Positions 29,202 through 39,448 of a stretch of 64,000 nucleotides of DNA are shown here, one piece after another. The notes below the pieces were generated by a model. The model was given only the letters and a program-made list of their open reading frames with translations. It was not told the DNA's origin and made no database searches. Both the position numbers and the translations under genes were made by a program. Source of the stretch: an archaeon (GTDB taxonomy: Archaea; Asgardarchaeota; Thorarchaeia; Thorarchaeales; Thorarchaeaceae); NCBI GenBank assembly GCA_024276825.1, contig JAJRWI010000077.1:1-64000 (forward strand), written 5' to 3'. Each line of letters begins with the position of its first letter. Position 1 is the stretch's first letter.

Positions 29202-29225
29202 ATGAGGAGGAAACTCCCTCCTCAT
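29202..29225. terminator. Hairpin between convergent genes
   Basis: ATGAGGAGG-AAACTC-CCTCCTCAT, a 9-bp perfect stem followed by a T-run. Confidence 0.6.
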
Positions 29226-29226
29226 T

Positions 29227-31029
29227 TTAGTCTATTGAGAAAGCTATTATTCTATATACATCTCCTACAATCTGGATTGTAGCTGTAAACGAGTCTCCCA
29301 CGCTAGCATTTAGCAGCTCATACCAGTCATTCACATCCATCCAGGCTTGAGCTCCCTCTATCCATTCATAGGTCGAATTATCTGTGCGGATGACGATGTG
29401 AGTGTTTCCATCTGACACATAGGATGCTTTGTTCAGAATTGTTGCATTCAATTGAATTGTATCTGTTGGTTCTTCCACTTCAATACCAAGCGCATTTCTT
29501 ACTTCTTGGATGTATGCCTCACGTACAGCCTGAACAAGACTTGCACCCACAAGGTTTCCCTGAGCCTGTAGAGCTGCATTAATGGTCACATCCTTTGCAT
29601 CTGCAATGCCTAACGAATAGAGTCGAATGTCTGTGATGTACCACTCCTCGGTGTCTGAGTTATATTGTGTGTTCCACCAGTAGATTGGGCAATACCATGC
29701 CATACGCGTGTATGTCGAATTGATCTGCACTGGATATATCAATGGCATGGCTCCAAAATAGCTGCCCTCAACAGGATCTGGATATTCCTTGATCACCTGA
29801 TTGATAGCAGCCTCTCCACTTGCATAGCCCAGATCGCTGAGGTCGTGGAAATAGACCCCATCTTTCGTTCCTCTTAGCATTCCACTTAGAGTGAGACTCG
29901 AAGCGCCAGGCGGATGCACTGCTATCATCGCCTCCACACGATTTGTGTCAGGGTTGACGATGTATCTTGTGTCCTCTGTCATTATCAATCGATCATTTGA
30001 GGGAGGAATCATCCAGAGGAATCCACCTGCAAACAGGTCAAAACCATCATCGCGGCGGTATCCGCCCCATCGATTGACCTGGCGCTCAAGCCATTCCTCG
30101 CTATATGCCTGAGTGATCCAGTTCGGGGTTTCTTCAATTGTGGCATAGGTCCTTATAGTACCATTTTGGCAGTACACCTTGGGACCAATAGGTCTCTCTA
30201 CAAAGTCCCAGCCAAGAACTGTTCTTGTTTGCACATACACAAGATTGCCTATAGGGTCCCATGTTGGGTATGCATACTCATAGGCGCTTGTCATGTCTTC
30301 AAGATAATTGCCAAACTGGATGTTCTTATCCCACCAGAGCCCTTCACCCACAGGTATCTGAATGTCGGTGATCACTTCAACCTGAGTCGGATCATTGGCA
30401 TCAACCACAATGAGTGCTTTGATGAAGTTCTCTGAGAGTACATTTGTTGAAACCACTACGCAGACCCATACTAATCGCCCATTTCGTGTTGTAATATGTG
30501 CTGCTGCAATATCGATATTGGACCCAATACTGGCAAAATGGCTTCTAGCAACAAACATGGCATACTCGCTGGTCACCAGCCTGACCATGTTGTCTGGAAT
30601 TGGCGTGTTGAATAATGGATCGTCAGTTTGAATCACAAATGAATCAAAGGTTTCAGCGTTTGATAGATCGGATGTCCATGTTATAAGGCCCGAGAGTGTC
30701 GGCATAACAAGGATGATTAAGAGTCCAATGCACATGGCTGGTGTGCGAATTCCCTGCCTGATACTATCAAGGTCGTGTGGTCTGATGCCACCCCCGAATA
30801 GTAATAGCAGACCAAAGCTTGTGATAAGTGAGATTATTGCCCATGGCAGCACCTGCATTGTAAAAATACAGATAAACAACCATGTTGCAGTTCCCCAAAC
30901 AAGTCTTAATGGCAACCACTTGAACAGTCTTTTGAACTTGAACATCTCTGTATTGAAAGGAATGGGTATTGCGAAAAATACCAGGGTAACTAGTAGGAAC
31001 AGTATCACATTCAATCCTATGGTCTCCAC
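29227..31029 (-). CDS. Hypothetical membrane-anchored protein
   Basis: 600 aa; N-terminal TM bundle followed by a beta-rich soluble region. Confidence 0.8.
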   Translation of the reverse strand: METIGLNVILFLLVTLVFFAIPIPFNTEMFKFKRLFKWLPLRLVWGTATWLFICIFTMQVLPWAIISLITSFGLLLLFGGGIRPHDLDSIRQGIRTPAMCIGLLIILVMPTLSGLITWTSDLSNAETFDSFVIQTDDPLFNTPIPDNMVRLVTSEYAMFVARSHFASIGSNIDIAAAHITTRNGRLVWVCVVVSTNVLSENFIKALIVVDANDPTQVEVITDIQIPVGEGLWWDKNIQFGNYLEDMTSAYEYAYPTWDPIGNLVYVQTRTVLGWDFVERPIGPKVYCQNGTIRTYATIEETPNWITQAYSEEWLERQVNRWGGYRRDDGFDLFAGGFLWMIPPSNDRLIMTEDTRYIVNPDTNRVEAMIAVHPPGASSLTLSGMLRGTKDGVYFHDLSDLGYASGEAAINQVIKEYPDPVEGSYFGAMPLIYPVQINSTYTRMAWYCPIYWWNTQYNSDTEEWYITDIRLYSLGIADAKDVTINAALQAQGNLVGASLVQAVREAYIQEVRNALGIEVEEPTDTIQLNATILNKASYVSDGNTHIVIRTDNSTYEWIEGAQAWMDVNDWYELLNASVGDSFTATIQIVGDVYRIIAFSID

Positions 31030-31091
31030 AAATTATTATTCTAAAATCTCTTCATGTGCTTTTATCATTTTGCCAAACAGTCTGCTTAAGA

Positions 31092-31601
31092 TTAATTGAC
31101 TCGATGGTTTTTATAATATTGAATGGCCCCTCCTGCTCTTAGAATGTCCATCATGAACGCTGGAATTGGCATAAACTTGATGAGTTCTCCTGTGTCCGTA
31201 ATTTTGACTTGACCATCTTTTAGGAACACAGTTAACTGTTGACCATCAACTATCCTCTCTGTCGCGTTCTTTATCTCAATGACAGGTAGTCCAACATTGA
31301 TGGCATTCCTGTAGAAAATCCTTGCAAATGACTCAGCAGCAATGCATCCCACTCCCAAAATGGTGAGGATCATTGGTGCCTCCTCTCTTGAAGAGCCTCC
31401 TCCAAAGTTCCTTCCTGCGATAATAATATCATTCTCCTTCACATTCTGGGCAAACTCGGGCCTTGGTATTTCTAGAGCATGCTTGGCCATCTCCTCATAA
31501 TCCAGTAGATTAAGATGTTGACCCTGAATGATTTGATCGGTGTCAATGTTATCGCCCAACACCCAGGCCCGGCCAGTAATTATTTCAGAGAATGCTCGCA
31601 T
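31092..31601 (-). CDS. Isopropylmalate dehydratase/homoaconitase small subunit (LeuD/HacB family)
   Basis: GDNIDTDQII, GRNFGGGSSRE.A and SFARIFYRNAIN.GLP motifs. Confidence 0.93.
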   Translation of the reverse strand: MRAFSEIITGRAWVLGDNIDTDQIIQGQHLNLLDYEEMAKHALEIPRPEFAQNVKENDIIIAGRNFGGGSSREEAPMILTILGVGCIAAESFARIFYRNAINVGLPVIEIKNATERIVDGQQLTVFLKDGQVKITDTGELIKFMPIPAFMMDILRAGGAIQYYKNHRVN

Positions 31602-31605
31602 AAGA

Positions 31606-32868
31606 CTAGAACCCCCTCGGATCCGTGATTCTCCCCATTATTGCACTTGCTGCGACAGTTGCTGGTGATGATAGATAAATCCTCGAGTCCGGATGACCCA
31701 TTCGACCCCTGAAGTTCCTGTTGGTACTTGTAATAGCGACCTCATTGGGACCTAGTATTCCCAGGTGCCCACCCACGCAGGCCCCACATGTGGGATTAGT
31801 GACAATTGCTCCGGCTTGGATAAAAGTCTCAATAAAGCCCATATTAAGAGCAGCTTTGTAGGTTTCCATGCTGGCAGGGGTGATGATAAAGCGTACTCCC
31901 TCCTTGACTTTATGTCCCTTCATTATCATTGCAGCAATCTGGAGGTCCTCAAATCTCCCGTTTGTGCAAGAGCCCAAGAATGCTTGGTCAATCTCAACAT
32001 CAACCTCAGTCACTGGTCTTCCATTTGCAGGGCTGTGTGGTGTTGCAATCATGGGTTCTACAGGGTCCGTATCCAGATCATAGGTTATCATCTCTACGTA
32101 CTCGGCAGTTGGATCTGGGTCAACCCGGGTCCAATGAGCCTCCCGTGCTCTGAGGCTTAGCCAGTCTTCCACCTGCTTGTTTACAGTCATGAGACCTGCC
32201 TTGGCACCTGCTTCAACAGACATATTGCACATTGTTGCCCTTGAGGCCACAGTCATCTTATCAACCACTGGCCCATGAAACTCAATGGCTTTGTAGTTCG
32301 CTCCATCCGGGCCAAGGTCTGCAATAATCTTGAGAATTAGATCTTTGCTCATTACCATCTCTGCAAGCTCGCCATCAATGTTGATTCTCATTGACTCAGG
32401 CACTTTGAACCAATTCTTGCCTGTGGCAAGAACTATTGCACTATCCGTAGCCGCAAGTCCTGTTGAAAATGCATTCATGGCACCATAACTAGTTGTATGG
32501 CTGTCAGAGCCAATTATCAGGTCACCAGGCTTTGCAAGCCCCCATTCGATCAAGACCTGATGAGACACGCCGCAATTCACATCGCAAAAGTACTTGATAC
32601 CATGCCTCTTGACAAACTCTCTGTTTCTTTGATGGATTATTGCACTCTGTATGTTGGGTGCAGGCGCCCAATGATCATTGACGACCATAATTCTATTGGG
32701 GTCCCATACAGAATCTGTTTCCATCTCCTGCAATATATCAATGATTCTTGAGCCAAGCACCTCGTGGACCATAATAAAGTCAACAGATGCTTGAACGATC
32801 TCTCCAGCATCTGCCCTACCATTCTCCGTATGTCTGGCAAGAATTTTCTCAGCCATTGTCTTGCTCAT
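31606..32868 (-). CDS. Isopropylmalate dehydratase/homoaconitase large subunit (LeuC/HacA family)
   Basis: DSHT, GSCTNGR, CGAC Fe-S ligands and TNRNFRGRMG. Confidence 0.95.
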   Translation of the reverse strand: MSKTMAEKILARHTENGRADAGEIVQASVDFIMVHEVLGSRIIDILQEMETDSVWDPNRIMVVNDHWAPAPNIQSAIIHQRNREFVKRHGIKYFCDVNCGVSHQVLIEWGLAKPGDLIIGSDSHTTSYGAMNAFSTGLAATDSAIVLATGKNWFKVPESMRINIDGELAEMVMSKDLILKIIADLGPDGANYKAIEFHGPVVDKMTVASRATMCNMSVEAGAKAGLMTVNKQVEDWLSLRAREAHWTRVDPDPTAEYVEMITYDLDTDPVEPMIATPHSPANGRPVTEVDVEIDQAFLGSCTNGRFEDLQIAAMIMKGHKVKEGVRFIITPASMETYKAALNMGFIETFIQAGAIVTNPTCGACVGGHLGILGPNEVAITSTNRNFRGRMGHPDSRIYLSSPATVAASAIMGRITDPRGF

Positions 32869-32871
32869 GTC

Positions 32872-34035
32872 CTAGCTCTCCTGACTTTCTATCACTTTGA
32901 TGATCTCATCAGTGACCTCTACTGTTGTGGACGGCTCAATCCTACTCCACTGCTGTATGCACAAGTCGTATGTTCGCACTCTACTCTCACGTAAGACCTC
33001 TGCAACAGCGTTCTGTATGACATTCGAAATTGCAATTGCCTTTTTATCGTCATGCCTTATTCCTAACCAGTCCATCATCATGCTTCCTGCTAAAATTGCA
33101 GCAATTGGATTTGCCCTGTTCTGACCATAATGCTTTGGTGCCGACCCATGCACTGGTTCGAACACACCATGATGGTCTCCTATGTTTCCCGCAGGGGCCA
33201 TGCCCAATCCTCCCTGAATTGCACCACCAAGGTCCGTTATTATGTCTCCAAACTCATTGGGTGCGACAACAACATCATAGAACTCTGGCTTCTTTAAGGC
33301 CCACTGAGTCCAAGCGTCCACGTATGCATAATCTCTCTCTATTTTCGGATACTCATTGCCAAGTTCATCAAACACGTCACGGAACAACTGACATCCTGCC
33401 AATAGATTGCTCTTATCAACACAGGTCACTCTTCTCTTACCATCCACAGGTGCTCCATCCCTCTTCAGTGCGGTTTCATAGGCATATCTTATGACTCGAG
33501 TAGCCCCTTTTCTTGTGATAACTCTCAGGTCAACAGCAGTGTCCTTTACACCCTCTCTAATCAGAGTGCCCCGAGCAGGAGTATAGAGCCCCTCCGTATT
33601 CTCTCTGATGATCACCATATCGATATCCTTGTGAGTCTTGTCCGCGAGAGGTGTGGGCACTCCCTCATATAACTTGACAGGTCTCACATTGGCATAGAGC
33701 TCCAGTGATAGCCTTAATCCGATGACCACATTATATCCTGCTAGATTATTGTCTGGAAGCCGAACATCCCTTCCATCAGAATCAACGGCACCAATTGCCC
33801 CCAAGAGCACTGCATCTGCCTCTTCCTTTGCAAATTGCTCGGCCTCTTTTGACCATTCTCTACCAGTCTTGAGATAGTATTCTCCGCCACATTCAAACTC
33901 AATGATCTCAAACTCAATGCCTCCAACTTGGCTGGCTGCACTCTTTAAGACCCTTATTGCCTCAGGCACAACCTCTCTACCTATTCCATCACCTGGAAGG
34001 ACCGAGATCTTATACTTGCGGGCCATCATCTTCAC
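32872..34035 (-). CDS. Beta-decarboxylating dehydrogenase (LeuB/isocitrate/tartrate family)
   Basis: GDGIG.EV, RENTEGLY, DKSN, FGDIITD and FEPVHGSAP motifs. Confidence 0.93.
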   Translation of the reverse strand: MKMMARKYKISVLPGDGIGREVVPEAIRVLKSAASQVGGIEFEIIEFECGGEYYLKTGREWSKEAEQFAKEEADAVLLGAIGAVDSDGRDVRLPDNNLAGYNVVIGLRLSLELYANVRPVKLYEGVPTPLADKTHKDIDMVIIRENTEGLYTPARGTLIREGVKDTAVDLRVITRKGATRVIRYAYETALKRDGAPVDGKRRVTCVDKSNLLAGCQLFRDVFDELGNEYPKIERDYAYVDAWTQWALKKPEFYDVVVAPNEFGDIITDLGGAIQGGLGMAPAGNIGDHHGVFEPVHGSAPKHYGQNRANPIAAILAGSMMMDWLGIRHDDKKAIAISNVIQNAVAEVLRESRVRTYDLCIQQWSRIEPSTTVEVTDEIIKVIESQES

Positions 34036-34374
34036 CTAATAGCTTCCCAGCCAACCCAAGTCATTGCCCTTGTCATCAATAATACTGACCATGGTGTCAT
34101 ATCGTTTGCCATCTACATATCTCACTCGTTGACGAATGGTGAATTGTCTATGGCACTTGTTGCACTTGACCAGCCAGTATTCAACAACAACCTCCAGACT
34201 CTTGCCCTTGATTCTCGGAGGTTCCTTCTTCACACTAATCAGAGTCAATTCTTTCCCATCACAAGCATAAGTGCACTCCTTTAGCGGAATTCCCTCCATT
34301 CCCCTCCGTCCGAGAGCCACGAAAACATTATCGGGCAAATCGTCGAGTGTTAGTTCATTATCCATTAACAACAC
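34036..34374 (-). CDS. Small putative Zn-binding hypothetical protein
   Basis: CTYAC and CNKC cysteine pairs; directly abuts the dehydrogenase gene. Confidence 0.7.
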   Translation of the reverse strand: MLLMDNELTLDDLPDNVFVALGRRGMEGIPLKECTYACDGKELTLISVKKEPPRIKGKSLEVVVEYWLVKCNKCHRQFTIRQRVRYVDGKRYDTMVSIIDDKGNDLGWLGSY

Positions 34375-34429
34375 CTAATTTGCATTCTACACCACTACGA
34401 ATAAATGAGTTGGTTGGACGAAATTACTC

Positions 34430-35332
34430 ATGCGACTAGTCAGCTATTCCAATGGCAATGGAACATCTTTTGGCGTTGAGATTGGGTCAGGAATACTAGA
34501 CATCCCTGAGGCCTTAAGTGTATATCATATTTTAAATGACAGACCCGGCCAGCCTCTTCCGAGAACTATGATTGACCTCTTGCGTATGGACTCGGGAATT
34601 AATGCTATAGAGGAAATGATTAAACAGTACTTGGAGATTACTGATGAGATGCGACCCCCACTGGTCCCTCTTGATGAAGTCCGTATTATGGCACCAATTG
34701 AGCGACCAGGGAAGATTATTGCCTTGGGTTTGAATTATGTTGATCATATCAAAGAAACTGGTCGCGATGTTCCAAAGTTTCCTGTCATATTCGCAAAATT
34801 CCCATCTAGCGTTGTTGGACCCGATGCTGACATTAAGTACCCAAAGCTCACAGAACAGTTGGACTGGGAAGTAGAACTAGGTGTAGTCATTGGAAAGCGC
34901 TGCAAGGATGTATCCGAAGATAAGGCATTAGATTATGTTGCTGGTTATACAGTCATCAATGACCTCACTGCACGAGACCTTCAGAGAGGTGATGGTCAAT
35001 GGGTGAGAGGCAAGTCTTTAGATGGTCTATGTCCCATGGGACCCTGCATAGTCACAAGGAATGAACTCGGCGATGGATCTGGTCTTAAGATGCATTCGAA
35101 GGTCAATGGTGAGATTAAGCAGGACTCAACCACATCTAATTTGCTATATAATGTTCCTCAGATTGTTTCATACCTCTCGGAGGCCTTCACTCTCGAGCCT
35201 GGTGATGTCATTGCTACCGGAACTCCCTCTGGCGTCGGCTTTGTAAGAGACCCCCCTGAGTTTCTTAAACCGGGTGACGAGGTTGAGGCCTATATCGAAA
35301 AGATAGGCACAGTACGAAACAGAATAGTCTAG
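34430..35332 (+). CDS. Fumarylacetoacetate hydrolase family protein
   Basis: KIIALGLNY.DH, LDWEVELG, NDLTARD.Q and TLEPGDVIATGTP.GVG motifs. Confidence 0.95.
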   Translation: MRLVSYSNGNGTSFGVEIGSGILDIPEALSVYHILNDRPGQPLPRTMIDLLRMDSGINAIEEMIKQYLEITDEMRPPLVPLDEVRIMAPIERPGKIIALGLNYVDHIKETGRDVPKFPVIFAKFPSSVVGPDADIKYPKLTEQLDWEVELGVVIGKRCKDVSEDKALDYVAGYTVINDLTARDLQRGDGQWVRGKSLDGLCPMGPCIVTRNELGDGSGLKMHSKVNGEIKQDSTTSNLLYNVPQIVSYLSEAFTLEPGDVIATGTPSGVGFVRDPPEFLKPGDEVEAYIEKIGTVRNRIV

Positions 35333-37611
35333 ACTGATTGAAAACTGATGATGACGCGATCTCTCTTCCTAAACTGGTGGATCACAGACACGACACCATG
35401 TGCTGGAGTTCTGAACTCCATTGAATTCCCGTTTATCATCACTGATACGGGACTGTAATTCTCGGGATATGAAACATGAATTTCCTCAACATGTCGTAGG
35501 TCCCTTGCAATTGACAATGTCAGCTTATTGGAGGACTCGTCCCAGTTTACATCTTCAATTTCCATAGCTCCTTGTGTGAAGTGTGCTGATGTGCCTAGAA
35601 GATCAGGTCTTTCCAATACAGGCCTTAGACCTAACAGCCTGCATGAGTGTGATGGTAACTGTAAGACCTTAATCATCTCATGAACCCCCAAGTATTCCTG
35701 CCCCCAAAACTCGAATATGTGGGCTCTATCATCAACAAGCCCTACTCTTGACAGTGGTATTCTGAGGTCAATGGGTTCCGAAGTGAGATTGACCACTGCT
35801 AGAATGACCCATACTCCAAAACCGGTCTTAATCGGCAGGGCAAACAACCTTGGCTCTGGCTCATCCAGATAGTCAAGAGATATTGCACCCTGGTGGTAGA
35901 CTGGTAAAATCCGGTCGATGATATGAAGACGTTCATCAGAAACATCCATCATTCTATCACTCAACATTACAATTCCACCACTCATGGCAACAACGGTCGC
36001 CCAGAGGATGACCTCATCGATTGTCAGTTCATTGTCATCCTGACGAACCAGTATACAATCTGGATCATTTATCCAAAGCCTGTTATGCATTACAGCGCGA
36101 GTCATTGTGTTAATTGAACACTCGTAAACTCCACCGCCCCAGTCATACCTCCATGCTGTAGCGATATCAGTGCCAATCCTCATGGCATTTACGAAACCAA
36201 CGCATGGCACTATTGGAGCGCCGCAGCCAAGAATTATCGAGTCACCCACCGCCCGTCTAATCACATCAAGCCCCTTACGGAACAACGCTGCTCTGGTTGT
36301 TCTATCATCTAGTCTTTGACCTTCAACAACCGCATGATATAGAAAGTCAATCTTAAAGTAATCAAAGCCTACCCTCTTCAATTCTTTGAAGACTGACTCG
36401 ATGTATGCAAGCACTTCCATTTGTGTCAAATCAAATGCATAGTAGTTTCCAAGCCAAAGAGGGTTTTGATCCACGACAAGAGGATTACCATCATCATCCT
36501 TGACAAACCAGTCTGGGTGCCTCTTGAACACATCGGATGGCTCAGTGGCGATGAAAGGCGCCACCCAAATCCCTGCCTTGAAACCCATTGACTCTATTGT
36601 TCTTACTAGTCGTTCAAGCCCATTAGCAAATCGCTCGTTTGTAGTCCAATCGCCAACAGTCTTCTGGTATCCATCGTCCAGCTGGATCCATCTGATATGC
36701 TCTGGCAATCTTCGCTGCAGAAAGCGCGCATTCTCAATAACTTCCCCCTCATCAGGCTGCGTGAGATAGAAGTACCAGCTACACCAACCAACAGGCACCT
36801 CGGAGCAGCTGATTGCCTGCATCTGCATCATCATTCTCTTAACATATTCGTTCAACAACTGATAAGCATCCCTGCCGGCAAGAACGAGTAGTTCCTCTGT
36901 AGTCACAGAACTATCGACATCTAAGACAATGTCATCGAGATGACAGCGGTTCTTTATTCCTGTAAGTCTGCCATTGACATTATCATCTCCAATAATTCTG
37001 ATTGTGGTCATCTGATTTGTTGCAGTAGTATACCCAAACACAAGGGCATCACGGCTTCTAATGTTGTGCAACACCGTGTAGAAGTGACTAATGTTCTCAC
37101 CCGCGTCGATATCCTGAATCTGACTCAATATCCATGAATGCAGCCCATTCTTGAAGTATTTTACATCACTACCTTTAATGCCCGTGATGATGCTATACTC
37201 GTCTAAATCAATCACAAGCTGATCAATGTGCTGCAATCTGATGGGCTCGCGCGACTGATTTCTTAGCTGTGTGATGCATGTGAATCCCCTCAATCCCTCA
37301 ACAATACTGATTCTCACTCCTAGCTCGATTTCACCACTCCTCGCCCGCAACTTGATTGCAATGACTTTTCCCCTTGGATCATCAATGTCAATCGTTGCAA
37401 ATGACTGATACTCCATCTGACGTGAGTCTATAATACCAACATTTGTCTCAATCTGGATGTGAGCCCCCTCAAAGTATGTCATAGAATCATTTTTGGAATA
37501 GAACGATAGGGTCCCCCCATTGATGCTATATGACACTCTCACAAATCTATTCGAGAGAACCAGTTCATCATCTGAAACATCCAGACTGCAGGCATTTTTT
37601 TCATCACTCAC
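35329..37611 (-). CDS. Glycoside hydrolase family 36 alpha-galactosidase
   Basis: GWCSWY, QLDDGYQ, FKIDFL, MRIGTD and NDPDC motifs. Confidence 0.9.
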   Translation of the reverse strand: MSDEKNACSLDVSDDELVLSNRFVRVSYSINGGTLSFYSKNDSMTYFEGAHIQIETNVGIIDSRQMEYQSFATIDIDDPRGKVIAIKLRARSGEIELGVRISIVEGLRGFTCITQLRNQSREPIRLQHIDQLVIDLDEYSIITGIKGSDVKYFKNGLHSWILSQIQDIDAGENISHFYTVLHNIRSRDALVFGYTTATNQMTTIRIIGDDNVNGRLTGIKNRCHLDDIVLDVDSSVTTEELLVLAGRDAYQLLNEYVKRMMMQMQAISCSEVPVGWCSWYFYLTQPDEGEVIENARFLQRRLPEHIRWIQLDDGYQKTVGDWTTNERFANGLERLVRTIESMGFKAGIWVAPFIATEPSDVFKRHPDWFVKDDDGNPLVVDQNPLWLGNYYAFDLTQMEVLAYIESVFKELKRVGFDYFKIDFLYHAVVEGQRLDDRTTRAALFRKGLDVIRRAVGDSIILGCGAPIVPCVGFVNAMRIGTDIATAWRYDWGGGVYECSINTMTRAVMHNRLWINDPDCILVRQDDNELTIDEVILWATVVAMSGGIVMLSDRMMDVSDERLHIIDRILPVYHQGAISLDYLDEPEPRLFALPIKTGFGVWVILAVVNLTSEPIDLRIPLSRVGLVDDRAHIFEFWGQEYLGVHEMIKVLQLPSHSCRLLGLRPVLERPDLLGTSAHFTQGAMEIEDVNWDESSNKLTLSIARDLRHVEEIHVSYPENYSPVSVMINGNSMEFRTPAHGVVSVIHQFRKRDRVIISFQSV

Positions 37612-37671
37612 GAAAATACCTCGCCATATTAGGAATATAGTCTTGTATAAATCTAATCTGCTGACCTATTT

Positions 37672-38205
37672 CTACTTTAATTCTGATGCTTTTTGCATGG
37701 CATGTTCTGCCTCTTCATACTCAAACAGGTGCTTATGTGCCCTTGCTAGCATCTCCCAGACCTCTTTGTCTTTGGGAACGAGGTCCAGATATCTGAGACA
37801 GAACCGTTTCATGTCTTCCCAGCGTCCAAGTTCCTCATAGCATCTTGCACCATAATACAGTGCCCTCCTATGGTCAATATCGGGGTCTAAAAGTCTGTTA
37901 AAGAGTTCCAAAGCATCCTCCCATTCTTCCAGATCATAAAGCTCCTTGCCTTCTCTAAACAGTCTTTCCTCAGCCTCATAGGTGCCCAGTTTGCTGGATA
38001 ATGTTCCAACTGAGGATGATGCCACGCAGCAGATGATCAATGTGTCCAATAGGATTGTGAATCCGATTGTGGCGCTCACGGGTCCCAAAAAAGTGATTAT
38101 TTCAGCTATCTGAAGTATTGCAATAGTCATGCCCACTATAAAGATCACTATGACTATTTTTGCAGCTTTCAAATACCCTGAATCCTGCTTCTTTTGTTTA
38201 CTCAT
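37672..38205 (-). CDS. Membrane-anchored TPR protein (likely start MSKQKK)
   Basis: Two TM helices followed by TPR-like repeats (ALYYGARCYEELG, VWEMLARAHKHL). Confidence 0.78.
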   Translation of the reverse strand: MSKQKKQDSGYLKAAKIVIVIFIVGMTIAILQIAEIITFLGPVSATIGFTILLDTLIICCVASSSVGTLSSKLGTYEAEERLFREGKELYDLEEWEDALELFNRLLDPDIDHRRALYYGARCYEELGRWEDMKRFCLRYLDLVPKDKEVWEMLARAHKHLFEYEEAEHAMQKASELK

Positions 38206-38259
38206 GAGAACTCGTGGTGTGTGTGTGAACGGTGGCTTTTTAGTTTGTGGAATCAAGAA

Positions 38260-38904
38260 TCAATCAATGCCAGGCTCATCACCAACTTCTAGTTCCTTAG
38301 GTACCCCCTTCTTTTCTCGATATTCTCGATCAATCTCTTTGGATGCAAGTCTTGCCTTAGCAATGTGAATCCATTGTTCAACTCTCTCAGCTAAGGAGGG
38401 GTCTAGTTGGATTGCGAGTTCAGCATAAGCCACAGCTCGCTCATCATCTTCTTCAATGAAGTGCGCATTCGCCTTGTTGTAGAATGCTGCTGCATAATCG
38501 GGTTTCAGAGCAACGGCCCTTGTATATGCTTCAATTGCCTTCTGCCCCTCTCCCATGCGCGAATAGCAGTTTCCCATATTGTTCCAGAGTTCTGCATCGT
38601 CGGGCATTAGTTCTGCCGCTGCCTTATAGCATTTCAAGGATCCTTGAAAGTCTGCCATCTCATAGAGCAGGTTGCCCTTGTTGAACCAAATCTCAAATAT
38701 CTGATTGTCAATGGCCAGAGCCTCATCATATGCTCTGATTGCCTCCTCTTCATGACCACTCTCTGCGAGGGCAATAGCAAGGTTGTACCAGCCCTCCACT
38801 GAATCTGGATTCTCTCTGACGAATTGCCTGAGGTCTACTACTGCCTGTTCATAAAGCCCCGCCTCTATTTTTCTAATAGCTCGGGCCATTAACTCTTCGC
38901 TCAT
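38260..38904 (-). CDS. TPR repeat protein
   Basis: Repeats WYNLA, WFNKG, WNNMG and FYNKA. Confidence 0.9.
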   Translation of the reverse strand: MSEELMARAIRKIEAGLYEQAVVDLRQFVRENPDSVEGWYNLAIALAESGHEEEAIRAYDEALAIDNQIFEIWFNKGNLLYEMADFQGSLKCYKAAAELMPDDAELWNNMGNCYSRMGEGQKAIEAYTRAVALKPDYAAAFYNKANAHFIEEDDERAVAYAELAIQLDPSLAERVEQWIHIAKARLASKEIDREYREKKGVPKELEVGDEPGID

Positions 38905-38955
38905 TTCATTGTTGAAACGACTACTCTATAGATAAAATTTCTGAAAGGTCGATGC

Positions 38956-39381
38956 TCATTTAGCCTTTCTTCGTGCAAAGATTGACAGAACTATCGCAAT
39001 CCATCCTGCAAATGAGGCCTCAAAGAGGAACATGTCATAGACTCCTGTAATGCCTCCAAGCCACACTGCCGTGATCAAGTTGATTATGATACCAATTAAT
39101 GACACTCCTGCAGCAAGCCCAATCACGAACTTACCTGTGCCAACCTTGTCCCTTGTAAGCATTAGCCCACTTATAATGACACCAATTCCACCAAGGGCCT
39201 CTATGAACGCAAGGATATGCAGCGTAATGTTAATCGCTCCCTCAAATGGTGCTAGTTCGGGAAACAATGTGGTAATGTTTCCCAGATATTGAAATATTCC
39301 AATACTGCCAGTTCAAGATATATGAATGAATATTAAGCCTGCTAGCAATGCCAGAATAAATGATATGCGATTCTCTATCAT
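38956..39381 (-). pseudogene. Small membrane protein gene interrupted by an in-frame TGA at 39313-39315
   Basis: ATG at 39381 reads MIENRISFILALLAGLIFIHIS*TGSIGIFQYLGNITTLFPELAPFEG..., in frame with the 103-aa ORF. Confidence 0.65.
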
Positions 39382-39448
39382 ATCACTAAAATATGCAACT
39401 CATCGTCCTCTTAATTCTTGTTGATCGTTTAATACATTTAACATAGTT

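Noticed and set aside
38206-38262. The two TPR genes are in frame across a single TGA, suggesting readthrough
   Set aside because: The downstream gene has its own ATG and N-terminal TM helices, the linker looks non-coding, and an in-frame arrangement arises by chance one time in three.
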